64,000 nucleotides of DNA, taken from positions 320,001 through 384,000 of the forward strand of contig CAWGAA010000001.1 of the NCBI GenBank assembly GCA_963820525.1, written 5' to 3'. This document shows positions 39,849-49,236 of this stretch, piece after piece (position 1 is the stretch's first letter; each line of letters opens with the position of its first letter). The notes under the pieces were generated by a model. That model was not told the DNA's origin, did not search any database, and was given only the letters and a program-made list of their open reading frames with translations. A program made the position numbers and the translations under genes. Source of the DNA: an uncultured Spirochaetota bacterium. Lineage in GTDB: Bacteria; Spirochaetota; Spirochaetia; SZUA-6; Fen-1364.

Positions 39849-41414
39849 TTACACCTTTGACCAGTAGAAATCGCTGTCGCCGTACCTCCTGAGCTCGATT
39901 GCCTCCAAAAGGTGCGCCGTACGGATGGATTGGGAGCCTTCCAGGTCCGCGATGGTGCGCGCGATCCGGATGATGGAGTGATATGCACGCGAGGATACGG
40001 AAAGCTCACGGGCGCCCTTGATGAGATGGTGCAGGCACTCGGGGTCCAGCGGGCAGTACGTATCGAGAAGACCAGCCGGCATGCGGGCATTGCTTGAGAA
40101 ATCCTGCCCGGCGAAGCGTTTCCGCTGTATCGCGATGGCCAGCGCGACCCTCTCCCGGATCTCTTGCACTTCCTCGCGTCGGCCCGGCCTGCTCATCTCC
40201 TCCGCCGACACGGGGTCAAGCGGCACGCGGATGTCTATGCGGTCCAGGAGCGCCCCTCCGACGCGGCGCCAGTACCTGTGGATTTCCGTTGTGCTGCAGA
40301 TGCAGACGTGGCTGTCCCTGCCCAGGTTTCCGCAGGGACAGGGATTGAAGGCGAGGATGAGCTGGAAAGCGGCCGGGAACCTGACAGTAGCCCCTGCCCT
40401 GGCAATCGAAACCGCTCCATCCTCGATGGGCTCCCGAAGGCCCTGCAGAAGATCCATGCCGAACTCGGGCGCTTCGTCGAGAAAAAGCACTCCGTGATGC
40501 GCGAGGGAGACTTCTCCCGGTTTTAGAGTATGCCCGCCTCCGATTATTCCCTCATTGGATGCGGAGTGATGGGGCATGCGGAAGGGGGGCATCGTCACCA
40601 TCCCTGAGCCCGGCGCGAGGACGCCGGCGATGGAGTGGATCCTGGTCACGGCGAGCGCCTCTTCCCGTGCAAGCGGGGGAATGATGGATTTGAGGCTTCG
40701 CGCGCCCAGCGTTTTTCCGCTTCCAGGTGGGCCGAAGAGAAGGACATGATGCCTGCCCGCCGCCGCAATCTCGAGCGCCCGCTTGAGGTTGTCGTGTCCG
40801 CGGATATGGGATATATCGCAGGAGGTGTCGTCATCGATGGCTCGTGCGGCCCGCGGCGGATCATGCGTCAAAGCCTTTCGGAGCGGCGGTGATTCTCCGC
40901 GTGCTATCCGCAAGACAGCCTCCGCGGCTTCCCGCAGAGATCCGATTCCGTAAATCGATCCCTTTTCCAGTGCCACCGCCTCCTGCACGTTCTCCAGAGG
41001 CACCAGGAAGCTCCCGATCCCCTCCCCCGTGCCGGTGCCGACCGCCGAAAGCACGCCGTTTACAGGCCTTACCCTCCCCGAGAGGTTCAGCTCTCCGAGC
41101 ACCATCACGTCTTTGGCGCTTATAGGGCCGATCTGCCCCGAAGCGGCGAGGATTCCAAGGGCAACCGACAGGTCGTAGGATGCGCCTTCCTTCCTGATCC
41201 CCGCGGGGGCAAGAGAAACGAGGATGCGGTCAGCCGGAAAGGAGAAGCCGCTGTTGCGGATGGCTACGCGGACCCTTTCCTTCGACTCCCGCACGGCACC
41301 GTCCGGAAGCCCCACGATGTCGATGCCGGGAAGGCCGCGGCGGATGTCAACTTCGACGGAGACTAATCGACCTTCGACTCCGGCGGGCGCGTGGCTTGTG
41401 ATGACGGCGAGCAT
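39849..41414 (-). CDS. comM: YifB/ComM Mg-chelatase-like AAA+ ATPase
   Basis: VGLPDGAVRES, GPPGSGKT, PHHSAS, GEVSLAHHGVLFLDE, NPCPCG. Confidence 0.93.
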   Translation of the reverse strand: MLAVITSHAPAGVEGRLVSVEVDIRRGLPGIDIVGLPDGAVRESKERVRVAIRNSGFSFPADRILVSLAPAGIRKEGASYDLSVALGILAASGQIGPISAKDVMVLGELNLSGRVRPVNGVLSAVGTGTGEGIGSFLVPLENVQEAVALEKGSIYGIGSLREAAEAVLRIARGESPPLRKALTHDPPRAARAIDDDTSCDISHIRGHDNLKRALEIAAAGRHHVLLFGPPGSGKTLGARSLKSIIPPLAREEALAVTRIHSIAGVLAPGSGMVTMPPFRMPHHSASNEGIIGGGHTLKPGEVSLAHHGVLFLDEAPEFGMDLLQGLREPIEDGAVSIARAGATVRFPAAFQLILAFNPCPCGNLGRDSHVCICSTTEIHRYWRRVGGALLDRIDIRVPLDPVSAEEMSRPGRREEVQEIRERVALAIAIQRKRFAGQDFSSNARMPAGLLDTYCPLDPECLHHLIKGARELSVSSRAYHSIIRIARTIADLEGSQSIRTAHLLEAIELRRYGDSDFYWSKV

Positions 41415-41444
41415 TCCCTCCCCCGTGGTGGTACAATGGGGGCG

Positions 41445-41897
41445 TCAGGAATGCCGCTTGAACTCCTCTTCCACCATCCCGTGGCACATCTCGTTGCCGT
41501 GATCTCCCGAATGCCCCATCACCCAACGCCACGAGATCGGGCGCGAGCGGGAAAGCTCCCAGAGCTCGGCCCAGAGATCGGCGTTCATCACGGGCTTCTT
41601 CGCTGTCGTCTTCCACCCGTTCCTTATCCAGGCATGGATCCACTGCGTGATCCCCTTCTGCACGTATTGGGAGTCCGTGGTGAGGGACACGGATGCCGTG
41701 CTCCAGTCGGGATGAGAGGCAAGCGCGGAGAGCGCCTCCCGAACGGCGGTGAGCTCCATGCGGTTGTTGGTTGTCCGGCTCTCGAATCCGGATTTTGAAA
41801 GGGTTTTCTCCCCCGCTCGGATCACGAACGCCCATGCTCCCGGCCCCGGGTTTCCCAGGCAGCCTCCGTCGGTGAATATCTCCACGGCTGCGCTCAC
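41445..41897 (-). CDS. rnhA: Ribonuclease HI
   Basis: FTDGGCLGNPGPG, TNNRMEL, TDSQYV, N.DLW, WV.GH. Confidence 0.96.
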   Translation of the reverse strand: MSAAVEIFTDGGCLGNPGPGAWAFVIRAGEKTLSKSGFESRTTNNRMELTAVREALSALASHPDWSTASVSLTTDSQYVQKGITQWIHAWIRNGWKTTAKKPVMNADLWAELWELSRSRPISWRWVMGHSGDHGNEMCHGMVEEEFKRHS

Positions 41898-44014
41898 GCC
41901 AATTGACCGCCGTCTTCGGCGCGGGATCCGGCCGCGCCCTTTCGGATTCCAGAGGGGGACGGGCGGACGGCCGGGAAGGAGAAGCTGGCCTGAACGCCTC
42001 CCAGGCTGGACACGATGTCGAGAGTCCCGTCGACCCTCTCGGCGATGAGCCGTGCGAAGTACAACCCGAGCCCCTGGTGCCCAGGCTTGGTTGTGAAGAA
42101 AGGCCGGAAGAGCTTTCTCGCCTCCGAGTCGGTGATGCCCAGGCCATTGTCTTCGATCTGGATCGTGATTCGCGAATCATTTGCCGACCCCTGCACCAGG
42201 ATCGGACTTCCGACTCCGTCCTGAGCTTCTACGGCGTTTTCCAGAACGTAGACGAAGGCGTCCACCAGCTCTTCCGGATAGCAGGAGATCTGCGCCGCAG
42301 GTTGCAGGACGGCGGAGAACCGGGCGAGGGGAAACTTCCGCCTCACCCTTTCAACGGCCGTGCGCAGGAGCACGTCGGGAGCCGTCTGCGCGGGGATCGA
42401 TACCGTCGGCCCGCAGAACGATTCCAGCACCCGGATGAAGTCGCCGAGGATGACGCTCGCCTCAACGGCCTTGTCCAGGGCGCCTGCCGACTGCGGTGAG
42501 CCGTCCGGCGCGGCCGCGGCGCTCCCGGCGTCGATGGCGATCAGGGCCGCGGCCATGTCCCGCGCCGGCTCGCGCAGCCGGGAGACCACTCCCCGCAGGA
42601 CGGCGCGAAGCTCGGAGAGCTTTCCGGCCTGGAGGGCGCGCTCCCTGTGCATAAGAGCGCGCTCGAGTGAGATCTGAAGCTGGGCGTTCTTCCGCTCGAG
42701 CTCGGCGAGGTAGCCCGGAGAGCCCCGCCTGACGCCGGCAAAGAGCGCCGAATCCGCGATGCGGATGATAAGCGATCGAAGCGGCACGAGAACGAGAAAT
42801 ATCAGGGCCGCAGCGAAAAAATCCCCCAGGGGAGGCTTCAGGTGATAGCCGCGCGCCAGGGCGTCCCTCAGCGGCAGGAACAACAGGGAGAAGAAGGCGA
42901 ACATCACCAGGAAGAGCGCGACGTAGATTGCGTAGCGGGTGAGCACGAATCTGATGTTGAAAAGGCGATGATGGGTCAGCCCGACGATCAGAAAAATCGG
43001 GATGAATGCGAGGAACACCTCCGCGAAATTGCCCAGGCTCATCCGCATGGAGGAGGCATCGCCGAGAATCAGCGGCAGCTGATCGAAGAAGAAATACGGG
43101 GGAAGGGCGATGAGCATTCCGGCGAGAATCCACAAAAGCTGCTTCTTCTCCGCCTGGGTGCCCGCCCTCAGGTATGAGCTCACCATGAGGCAGGCCCACG
43201 CGACGTAGGCGACGCCATCCGCCACGTTGTTGATCTGGCCGAGAAACCGGTAGCGCGCGTACCACTCCTCCAGGCCGCTCGCCCTCCACGCGAAGAAATC
43301 AGTCATGCGGGCGGCGACGAACGCCGTGTAGACGAGGAGGATGGCGCCGAGCAGGGAAGCGCGGAGCCAGCGGGGACCGCGCGGCTTCGGGAAATACAGC
43401 CCGGAAAGCACGAGGAGCCATGAGGTGATTTTTCCGAAATGAATGAGAAAGTTGGAGAGCGCGTTTTCGTAGTAGAAGGGCTTCACGCAGGTGAACACGA
43501 GGTAGCTGAGCGCGGCGAGCACCAGGGGCAGCGTGTAGGACTCACCGGGGATCTTGAGGGAAAGCGTGAAGGCCGTGCAGGCCAGGGCCAGGGCGAAGAT
43601 CAGGACGAATACCCAGTCGATCCGTGAAAGCATGATGGACGGCGTGATCATGACGGTGAGGATATCGCCGCCGTCCCTTCGGACCTGCACGGGAAAAGGA
43701 TCGAACCCCTTTATCCGGGAGTCCGCCTTTTCGATGTCGAGGCTTCCATGGATCGGCAGGCCGTTGACGGCGAGGATTTCATCCCGGTGCGGGATAAGTC
43801 CCGCCGCCACCGCCGGGGAAAACGGCGCCGTCGGAGAGAAGATCACGGCCCCGTCACGGACGACCACTTCGGGGTAATTGGCCACGAGGCCCGTATTCGG
43901 CTTGGCGAGAAAGCGGGCGAAGTAGACCGCGGAGACGAGGCTGAACGCCGTGCAGAGGGCCAGGAGAATGAGGACACGGCCGCGCGTGCGCAGGACGACC
44001 AGCAGATCGCGCAT
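41894..44014 (-). CDS. PDZ plus multi-TM histidine-kinase-like sensor lacking the H-box His
   Basis: SPAVAAGL...DEILAVNG (PDZ), many TMs, VLENA, DNGLGI, FRPFFTTK, GLGL; the H-box position reads GVVSRLREP. Confidence 0.8.
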   Translation of the reverse strand: MRDLLVVLRTRGRVLILLALCTAFSLVSAVYFARFLAKPNTGLVANYPEVVVRDGAVIFSPTAPFSPAVAAGLIPHRDEILAVNGLPIHGSLDIEKADSRIKGFDPFPVQVRRDGGDILTVMITPSIMLSRIDWVFVLIFALALACTAFTLSLKIPGESYTLPLVLAALSYLVFTCVKPFYYENALSNFLIHFGKITSWLLVLSGLYFPKPRGPRWLRASLLGAILLVYTAFVAARMTDFFAWRASGLEEWYARYRFLGQINNVADGVAYVAWACLMVSSYLRAGTQAEKKQLLWILAGMLIALPPYFFFDQLPLILGDASSMRMSLGNFAEVFLAFIPIFLIVGLTHHRLFNIRFVLTRYAIYVALFLVMFAFFSLLFLPLRDALARGYHLKPPLGDFFAAALIFLVLVPLRSLIIRIADSALFAGVRRGSPGYLAELERKNAQLQISLERALMHRERALQAGKLSELRAVLRGVVSRLREPARDMAAALIAIDAGSAAAAPDGSPQSAGALDKAVEASVILGDFIRVLESFCGPTVSIPAQTAPDVLLRTAVERVRRKFPLARFSAVLQPAAQISCYPEELVDAFVYVLENAVEAQDGVGSPILVQGSANDSRITIQIEDNGLGITDSEARKLFRPFFTTKPGHQGLGLYFARLIAERVDGTLDIVSSLGGVQASFSFPAVRPSPSGIRKGAAGSRAEDGGQLA

Positions 44015-44017
44015 GAT

Positions 44018-45010
44018 TTAGTCGCCCTCGCGCTGGGTGCTGGGATACAGCGGCGCCCGAACGCGATAGATCTTCTTGCCTTCGAACACGCCGGCGTGCA
44101 CGCAGAAGTCCTTCAAGACGTCAGGCACTACCCGATGGACGTCGGCCGTGAGGGTGAATCTGCCGGGCTCGGTGAACCTCTGGCCGAGGTGGAAAGCGGA
44201 GTTCAGGGCGTCGCAGATGATCCCTCCCGTCCTCTTCTCCCTGTAGATCATGGAGCCGAGGGAGAGTGCCATGCGAAACGAGAGATAGTTCGGCAGTGGG
44301 GATTCCTCGACGTCGTAGAAGGGACGCAGGAGCTGGAGACGGAAGGCGCAGACCATCGGCATGCAGATGCGCCCTCCGACGGGAAACAGAACGATCCCGC
44401 CGAAGCCGGACCACAGCCACAGCTTTCCGCCGTACGGCGAAACTCCGCGATCGATGAAGGAGCGGAAGGTATCCAGCGCATGCGCGAGGTTCTCGTGGCC
44501 GTAACGCTTCTTCATCTCCTCGGCGTCATCCACCTCGATGAAGAGGAAGTAGAACGGGTACTCCCGGCCTTCGACGATTTGAGCCCACGTGCGCGCCGCC
44601 TGTTCAAGATCGGTGACGGCGGGCTCTCCCGTCTCTCCGCGCTGCGACCGCGCATATGCCACGACCTCGCTTACCCGGGCGGCGGACAGCCCGACTTTGG
44701 CCAGGGGCTTGCCCATGTAGTCAACGGCGCCGCGCCGGAACAGGGAGGCGGGATCCGAGACGCTGCCCGTGAAATCGATCACGCCGAAGAGCACATCGGG
44801 GTTCTCCTCCATCACGCCGACGCGCCTGTTCTGCTCTCGAGGCCCGAGGCCGGCCATGTCGAGGTACACGAGGCTTCCCTTGCCGATGGTCGGAAGGTTC
44901 CGCCTGAGGGCGTCGAAGGGATATACTTCGAGGCTGAGCCCCTCGCCCGCATGCCGCGTCCTGCTCTTCAGCCACGCCTGCTTGGTCTTCGAAAAGACGA
45001 ATACTCTCAT
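44018..45010 (-). CDS. REC-like domain plus degenerate class III nucleotide cyclase domain
   Basis: LVYLD...GAVDYMGKP (REC-like); FLFIEV, WLWSGFGG, FRMALSLG, DALNSAFHL; paralog of the upstream gene. Confidence 0.65.
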   Translation of the reverse strand: MRVFVFSKTKQAWLKSRTRHAGEGLSLEVYPFDALRRNLPTIGKGSLVYLDMAGLGPREQNRRVGVMEENPDVLFGVIDFTGSVSDPASLFRRGAVDYMGKPLAKVGLSAARVSEVVAYARSQRGETGEPAVTDLEQAARTWAQIVEGREYPFYFLFIEVDDAEEMKKRYGHENLAHALDTFRSFIDRGVSPYGGKLWLWSGFGGIVLFPVGGRICMPMVCAFRLQLLRPFYDVEESPLPNYLSFRMALSLGSMIYREKRTGGIICDALNSAFHLGQRFTEPGRFTLTADVHRVVPDVLKDFCVHAGVFEGKKIYRVRAPLYPSTQREGD

Positions 45011-45930
45011 CGCTTCTCCCACAGAAGGCTGTAGCGATAGAGGGGGCTGTTCTCGGGTCCCGCCACGGGCTTGAAAAACTGGGAAAGCTTCCCTCCGAGG
45101 TCCGTGTACACCCCGGGTGAGACGGTGAGGCATCCCGGCTTGGTGAACTTGGATTCCAGCTGCTCCACCCGCCTGATCGTCTCGCTGGAGGAGTCTTTTC
45201 CGCCGGAGAGGAACTTGCACGGGCCCGCGTGCACGGAAAGGCGCACGTCGAGGGGCTCCGGGAGCCGGGAGTGCAGGAGGTTGAAGAGGAAAAGCTCGTG
45301 CAGGATTTCCATGGCGCAGAGGGTGGCATGGAGGTTCTTATCCATGAAGTAGAACGCGGCGAGCCCTCCATCGCCCTCCCAGCTCCAGATGCGGCCGTTC
45401 CTCTTCTCCGCGCTCCACTGGATCAAGCTGCGCACCCGATCGAAAGCGCCGCGGACGATCTGCTGCGGGTAGGTTCGAAGCAGCTTCGTGTTCTCGACGA
45501 TGTCCGCCCGCATGAGCGCAAACTCGTAGATGTTGCCCTCCTGGAGGGTGCCCCAGCCCATCGTCTTCGCCCTTTGGGCCGATTCCACGAAGACTCTCTC
45601 CGTCTGGCTGTAGCGGTAGCCCTGCGCCTCCACCTCTGCGATGATCCGGTCGAGAAACTGGATCCGCATCGCGCGGCCCATGTCTCCGTTGTAGTGAACG
45701 TCGATGAGGGACTCAACGAGCTTCAGCAGGTAGCCTTCGCGGAGCACGTCGGAGAAGACCTGTCGCGCCGCGTCGACGCGGGGAATGGGAATGTTGGGCG
45801 GAAAGCCGGAGCGCATGTAAATGTCGTAGTCGGGGATGACCTTTTGTGCGATTCTGACGATCATGTCCACGGACAGGGAATGGGAGAGCGCCCGCACAAC
45901 GAGGTTTTCAAGCGCCGCATGGCTCATCAT
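45007..45930 (-). CDS. Class III adenylate/guanylate cyclase-fold protein with helical N-terminal domain
   Basis: MRADIVENT, WEGDG, VRLSVHAGP, QLES. Confidence 0.8.
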   Translation of the reverse strand: MMSHAALENLVVRALSHSLSVDMIVRIAQKVIPDYDIYMRSGFPPNIPIPRVDAARQVFSDVLREGYLLKLVESLIDVHYNGDMGRAMRIQFLDRIIAEVEAQGYRYSQTERVFVESAQRAKTMGWGTLQEGNIYEFALMRADIVENTKLLRTYPQQIVRGAFDRVRSLIQWSAEKRNGRIWSWEGDGGLAAFYFMDKNLHATLCAMEILHELFLFNLLHSRLPEPLDVRLSVHAGPCKFLSGGKDSSSETIRRVEQLESKFTKPGCLTVSPGVYTDLGGKLSQFFKPVAGPENSPLYRYSLLWEKR

Positions 45931-46319
45931 GGGCTCAAGCCCTCCAGATGGAAGCGCTGGGGAAGCGGCGCTGGCCTGCCGTTCTCGTCTATGCAGGCCC
46001 ACTTCACCTCGGCTTCCGCTATCTCCTCTCCGCCGCGGAGGATTCTCTGACTGAGAACGCCGCTCAGCCGCGAGCGCTTGAGCGGCCGAGTAATGATGCG
46101 AAGCTCGTCTTCCGCCAGAGCTGGGCGCTTGTACCTGATGAGGATTTCGGCAACCAGAAAGGCGAACCCTGCGGCACGAAGCTCTTCAACGGAGAAAGAG
46201 AGGTCGCGGAGGAACCTGTGGCGGGCGAACTCGAGGTAGTTGAGGTAAACGGCATTGTTGACATGGCCATAGCTGTCGCACTCGTAGGAGCGGACGCTCA
46301 GGGTGCAGCTATGCTCCAT
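45927..46319 (-). CDS. Acyl-CoA thioesterase (4HBT/YbgC hotdog fold)
   Basis: VRSYECDSYGHVNNAVYLNYLE.AR. Confidence 0.92.
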   Translation of the reverse strand: MEHSCTLSVRSYECDSYGHVNNAVYLNYLEFARHRFLRDLSFSVEELRAAGFAFLVAEILIRYKRPALAEDELRIITRPLKRSRLSGVLSQRILRGGEEIAEAEVKWACIDENGRPAPLPQRFHLEGLSP

Positions 46320-46497
46320 GCGCCGATCCGCCTCTTACCACGTCACCGTTCCTCCCATGGCTCCCCGGCTTCTCGCGACCCCTAAGGCAGATCCGAGACC
46401 GGCCCATAGACCTGCCGTCAACAGGCCGGAAAAGGGGGACATTCTTCACCATTCTATCGCGCATCTCATTACGCGGTCAAGCAAATCATCTGCATTA

Positions 46498-46526
46498 TTG
46501 ACAGAAGCGGGGACGGTTGCTATAGT
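46498..46526 (+). promoter_or_regulatory. Sigma-70 promoter for tRNA-Met
   Basis: TTGACA-N17-TATAGT with extended -10 TG. Confidence 0.8.
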
Positions 46527-46543
46527 GCGTGGCCAAGTGCCGC

Positions 46544-46616
46544 GGCGGCGTAGCTCAGATGGTAGAGCATGCGGCTCATATCCGCAGTGTCAGGGGTTCA
46601 AGTCCCTTCGCCGCTA
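46544..46616 (+). tRNA. tRNA-Met(CAT), probably elongator
   Basis: GGCGGCG/CGCCGCT acceptor stem, TAGCTCAG D-arm, TGCGG-CTCATAT-CCGCA, GGTTCAAG T-loop; CCA not encoded. Confidence 0.92.
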
Positions 46617-46649
46617 TCAAGCGAACAATTCATGGAACGCTCGGGCATG

Positions 46650-46679
46650 AAAAAAGCCAGTCGCCAGACTGGCTTTTTT
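46650..46679. terminator. Bidirectional terminator between convergent tRNAs
   Basis: A6-GCCAGTC-GCCA-GACTGGC-T6. Confidence 0.9.
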
Positions 46680-46751
46680 AGCAGGGGCAGGATTTGAACC
46701 TGCGACCTCCGGGTTATGAGCCCGACGAGCTTCCAACTGCTCTACCCTGCG
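46679..46751 (-). tRNA. Initiator tRNA-fMet(CAT)
   Basis: CGCAGGG start with 1:72 mismatch, GGG/CCC anticodon stem, CTCATAA loop, GGTTCAAAT. Confidence 0.95.
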
Positions 46752-46762
46752 TCGTGGCTTTC

Positions 46763-46792
46763 AGTATATCGCCAGCGGCGGGAAAACGTCAA
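46763..46792 (-). promoter_or_regulatory. Sigma-70 promoter for tRNA-fMet
   Basis: TTGACG-N18-TATACT on the minus strand. Confidence 0.7.
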
Positions 46793-46906
46793 GGGGGCGC
46801 GGAGTTTCCGGGCCGGCGGGCCCGGTATTTCGACCATGGCGGCGGCTCACCTTGACATCCGCCTTCTTCGGCACCATAGTGAGCGAAACTCACGAAGGAG
46901 GAACAT

Positions 46907-47653
46907 ATGCTCAGAAAGATTGTTCTCGGGCTCATGCTCGCGGGCGTTCTCTTCGGGATGCTCTCCTGCGCCCAGAAGGCGGCCGCGAAGATCGTGATCG
47001 CCACGGACGCCACCTGGCCTCCCATGGAGATGGTGGATGAGAACAAGAACATCGTCGGCTTCGACGTGGACCTTCTGAACGCCGCTGCGAAAGCGGGCGG
47101 GTTCGCGGTGGAGTTCAAGAACACGGCCTGGGACGGCATCTTCGCCGGCCTTGAGGCGGGCAAGTACGACGCGGTCATGTCCTCGGTCACCATTACGGAC
47201 GAGCGCAAGAAGACCATGGACTTCAGCATACCCTACATCAACGCCGGACAGATCCTCGTCGTGAAGAGCAACGTCTCCAACGTCAGCACGCTTGCCGACC
47301 TCAAGGGCAAGACGGTTGGGGCCCAGATCGGTACGACAGGCGCGTTCGAGATCGACAAGGTTAAGGACGTGAAGAAGAAGGAGTACGACGAGATCGGGCT
47401 CGCCTTCGAGGATCTCGCCAACGGCAGGCTGGACGCGGTTGTCTGTGACACTCCCGTGGCCGCCCAGTATGCGCTGCAGAACGACAGCTACAAGGGCAAG
47501 CTGAAGATCGTCGGGCAGCCCTTTACCGAGGAGTTCTATGGAGTGGCGGTGAAGAAGGGCAACGCGAAGGTCCTCGACCAGATCAACGCGGGCCTCAAGA
47601 AGGTCATCGACTCCGGTGAAGCGAAGACCCTCGAGGAGAAATGGCTGAAATAA
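46907..47653 (+). CDS. Polar/basic amino acid ABC substrate-binding lipoprotein
   Basis: MLSC lipobox, DATWPPME, GFDVDL, TITDER, QIGTTG. Confidence 0.92.
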   Translation: MLRKIVLGLMLAGVLFGMLSCAQKAAAKIVIATDATWPPMEMVDENKNIVGFDVDLLNAAAKAGGFAVEFKNTAWDGIFAGLEAGKYDAVMSSVTITDERKKTMDFSIPYINAGQILVVKSNVSNVSTLADLKGKTVGAQIGTTGAFEIDKVKDVKKKEYDEIGLAFEDLANGRLDAVVCDTPVAAQYALQNDSYKGKLKIVGQPFTEEFYGVAVKKGNAKVLDQINAGLKKVIDSGEAKTLEEKWLK

Positions 47654-48456
47654 GAAGCCCGCTGCGCGAGGCGAGAAACGCCCACAATGCGAAAATCGAG
47701 GTCACAGACGGCGCATTGATCCCCGAAAAGGGGGAGAAGCCGGTCCTCTCGGCCTGGCGAATCTCCTTTTTCGGGGCAATCGCCCTCCTTGTTGCGCTGC
47801 CCTTCATCGAACCCGACCCGTACAAGAACATTCTCCTCTTCATTCCCGACGGCATCCTTCGAACCCTCGAGGTGACCGTTCTCTCCATCGTGTTCTCTCT
47901 GTTTGTCGGCCTGATCACGGGGCTCGGAAGGATCTCGCGGGTACCGATCATCAACAGGATCGCCACGATCTACGTGGAGATCATCCGCGGCATCCCCCTT
48001 TTGGTGCAGATCTTCTACATCTACTACGCCATGGGGAAGCTTATAAGAGTCCCCGACATAACGGCGGCAGTCATTGCGATGACGGTCTGCTACGGGGCAT
48101 ACCTCGGCGAGATCTTCCGCGCCGGCATCCAGTCCATCCACAAAGGGCAGATGGAGGCCGCGATCGCCCTCGGCCTCACCCGGGGCCAGGCGATGATCCG
48201 CATCATTCTTCCCCAGACCGTGCGTGTCGTGCTTCCCCCGCTGGGAAACGAGTTCATAGCGCTGCTGAAGGACTCTTCGCTCGTCTCGATCCTCGCCGTC
48301 TCGGACCTTCTTCGACGCGGCAGGGAATACGCCGCGAAGACCTTCTACTATTTCGAGGCGCTCACCGTCGTCGCCCTCGTGTACCTTGTCATGACGCTTT
48401 TCTTCTCGAAGCTGGTGGCGCTCATGGAAGAAAGGTTGAACCGGCGTGGCAGATAG
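47641..48456 (+). CDS. Amino acid ABC permease
   Basis: [30 protein letters not shown]. Confidence 0.92.
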   Translation: MAEIRSPLREARNAHNAKIEVTDGALIPEKGEKPVLSAWRISFFGAIALLVALPFIEPDPYKNILLFIPDGILRTLEVTVLSIVFSLFVGLITGLGRISRVPIINRIATIYVEIIRGIPLLVQIFYIYYAMGKLIRVPDITAAVIAMTVCYGAYLGEIFRAGIQSIHKGQMEAAIALGLTRGQAMIRIILPQTVRVVLPPLGNEFIALLKDSSLVSILAVSDLLRRGREYAAKTFYYFEALTVVALVYLVMTLFFSKLVALMEERLNRRGR

Positions 48457-49177
48457 GGTTCGCATCATAGACGCGTGCAAGACCTTCGGCAAAGTGGTTG
48501 CCCTCAACCACGCGAACATATCCGTCAAGCCGGGAGAGGTCGTTCTGGTCATCGGGCCGTCGGGCAGCGGCAAGAGCACGCTCCTTCGCTGCATCAACAG
48601 GCTGGAGAACCTCACCTCGGGGGAGATCTGGATCGACGACGAGCAGGTCACCGATCGCCGCGCGGACATCAGAAAGATCCGCGAGGAGGTCGGGATGGTT
48701 TTCCAGTCCTTCAACCTCTTCCCCCATCTCTCGGCGATGGGGAATATCACCCTGGCTCCGAGGATCGTGAAAAGGATTTCGGACACCGAGGCCGGTGAGC
48801 TGGGGCGCAGCCTGCTGGCCAGGGTCGGCCTTTCGGAGAAGGAGCACTCCTATCCCGACCAGCTCTCCGGAGGCCAGCAGCAGCGGGTGGCAATCGCGCG
48901 CGCTCTGGCCATGAGCCCTAAGGTGATGCTCTTCGACGAGCCGACGTCGGCCCTGGACCCCGAGATGATCAAGGAGGTCCTCGACGTCATGGTGGAGCTG
49001 GCTCGGGAGGGGATGACCATGCTCGTCGTTTCCCATGAAATGGGTTTTGCCCGGGCCGCGGCGCACAAGGTTGTCTTCATGGACAACGGGGAGGTTCTGG
49101 AAGAGGGCCACCCGGAGGAGCTGTTTGCTCATCCCCGGGAGGAGAGGACTCAAAGGTTCCTCAAGCACATCCTCTAG
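48446..49177 (+). CDS. Amino acid ABC ATP-binding protein (GlnQ-like)
   Basis: [26 protein letters not shown]. Confidence 0.93.
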   Translation: MADRVRIIDACKTFGKVVALNHANISVKPGEVVLVIGPSGSGKSTLLRCINRLENLTSGEIWIDDEQVTDRRADIRKIREEVGMVFQSFNLFPHLSAMGNITLAPRIVKRISDTEAGELGRSLLARVGLSEKEHSYPDQLSGGQQQRVAIARALAMSPKVMLFDEPTSALDPEMIKEVLDVMVELAREGMTMLVVSHEMGFARAAAHKVVFMDNGEVLEEGHPEELFAHPREERTQRFLKHIL

Positions 49178-49179
49178 AC

Positions 49180-49210
49180 AAACGAAAAGAGACCCAAGGG
49201 GGCCTCTTCT
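49180..49210 (-). terminator. Terminator after rpsU
   Basis: Minus strand AAGAGGCCC-CCTT-GGGTCTCTT followed by TTCGTTT. Confidence 0.55.
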
Positions 49211-49236
49211 TATGACAGGATTCCTCGGGAAGTGAA

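Noticed and set aside
44018..45930. Pycsar or CBASS anti-phage system
   Set aside because: No adjacent cNMP-binding TIR/TM effector or CD-NTase is recognisable.
46544..46751. tRNA-anchored island or prophage
   Set aside because: No integrase, no duplicated tRNA 3' end seen, and housekeeping-type genes lie on both sides.
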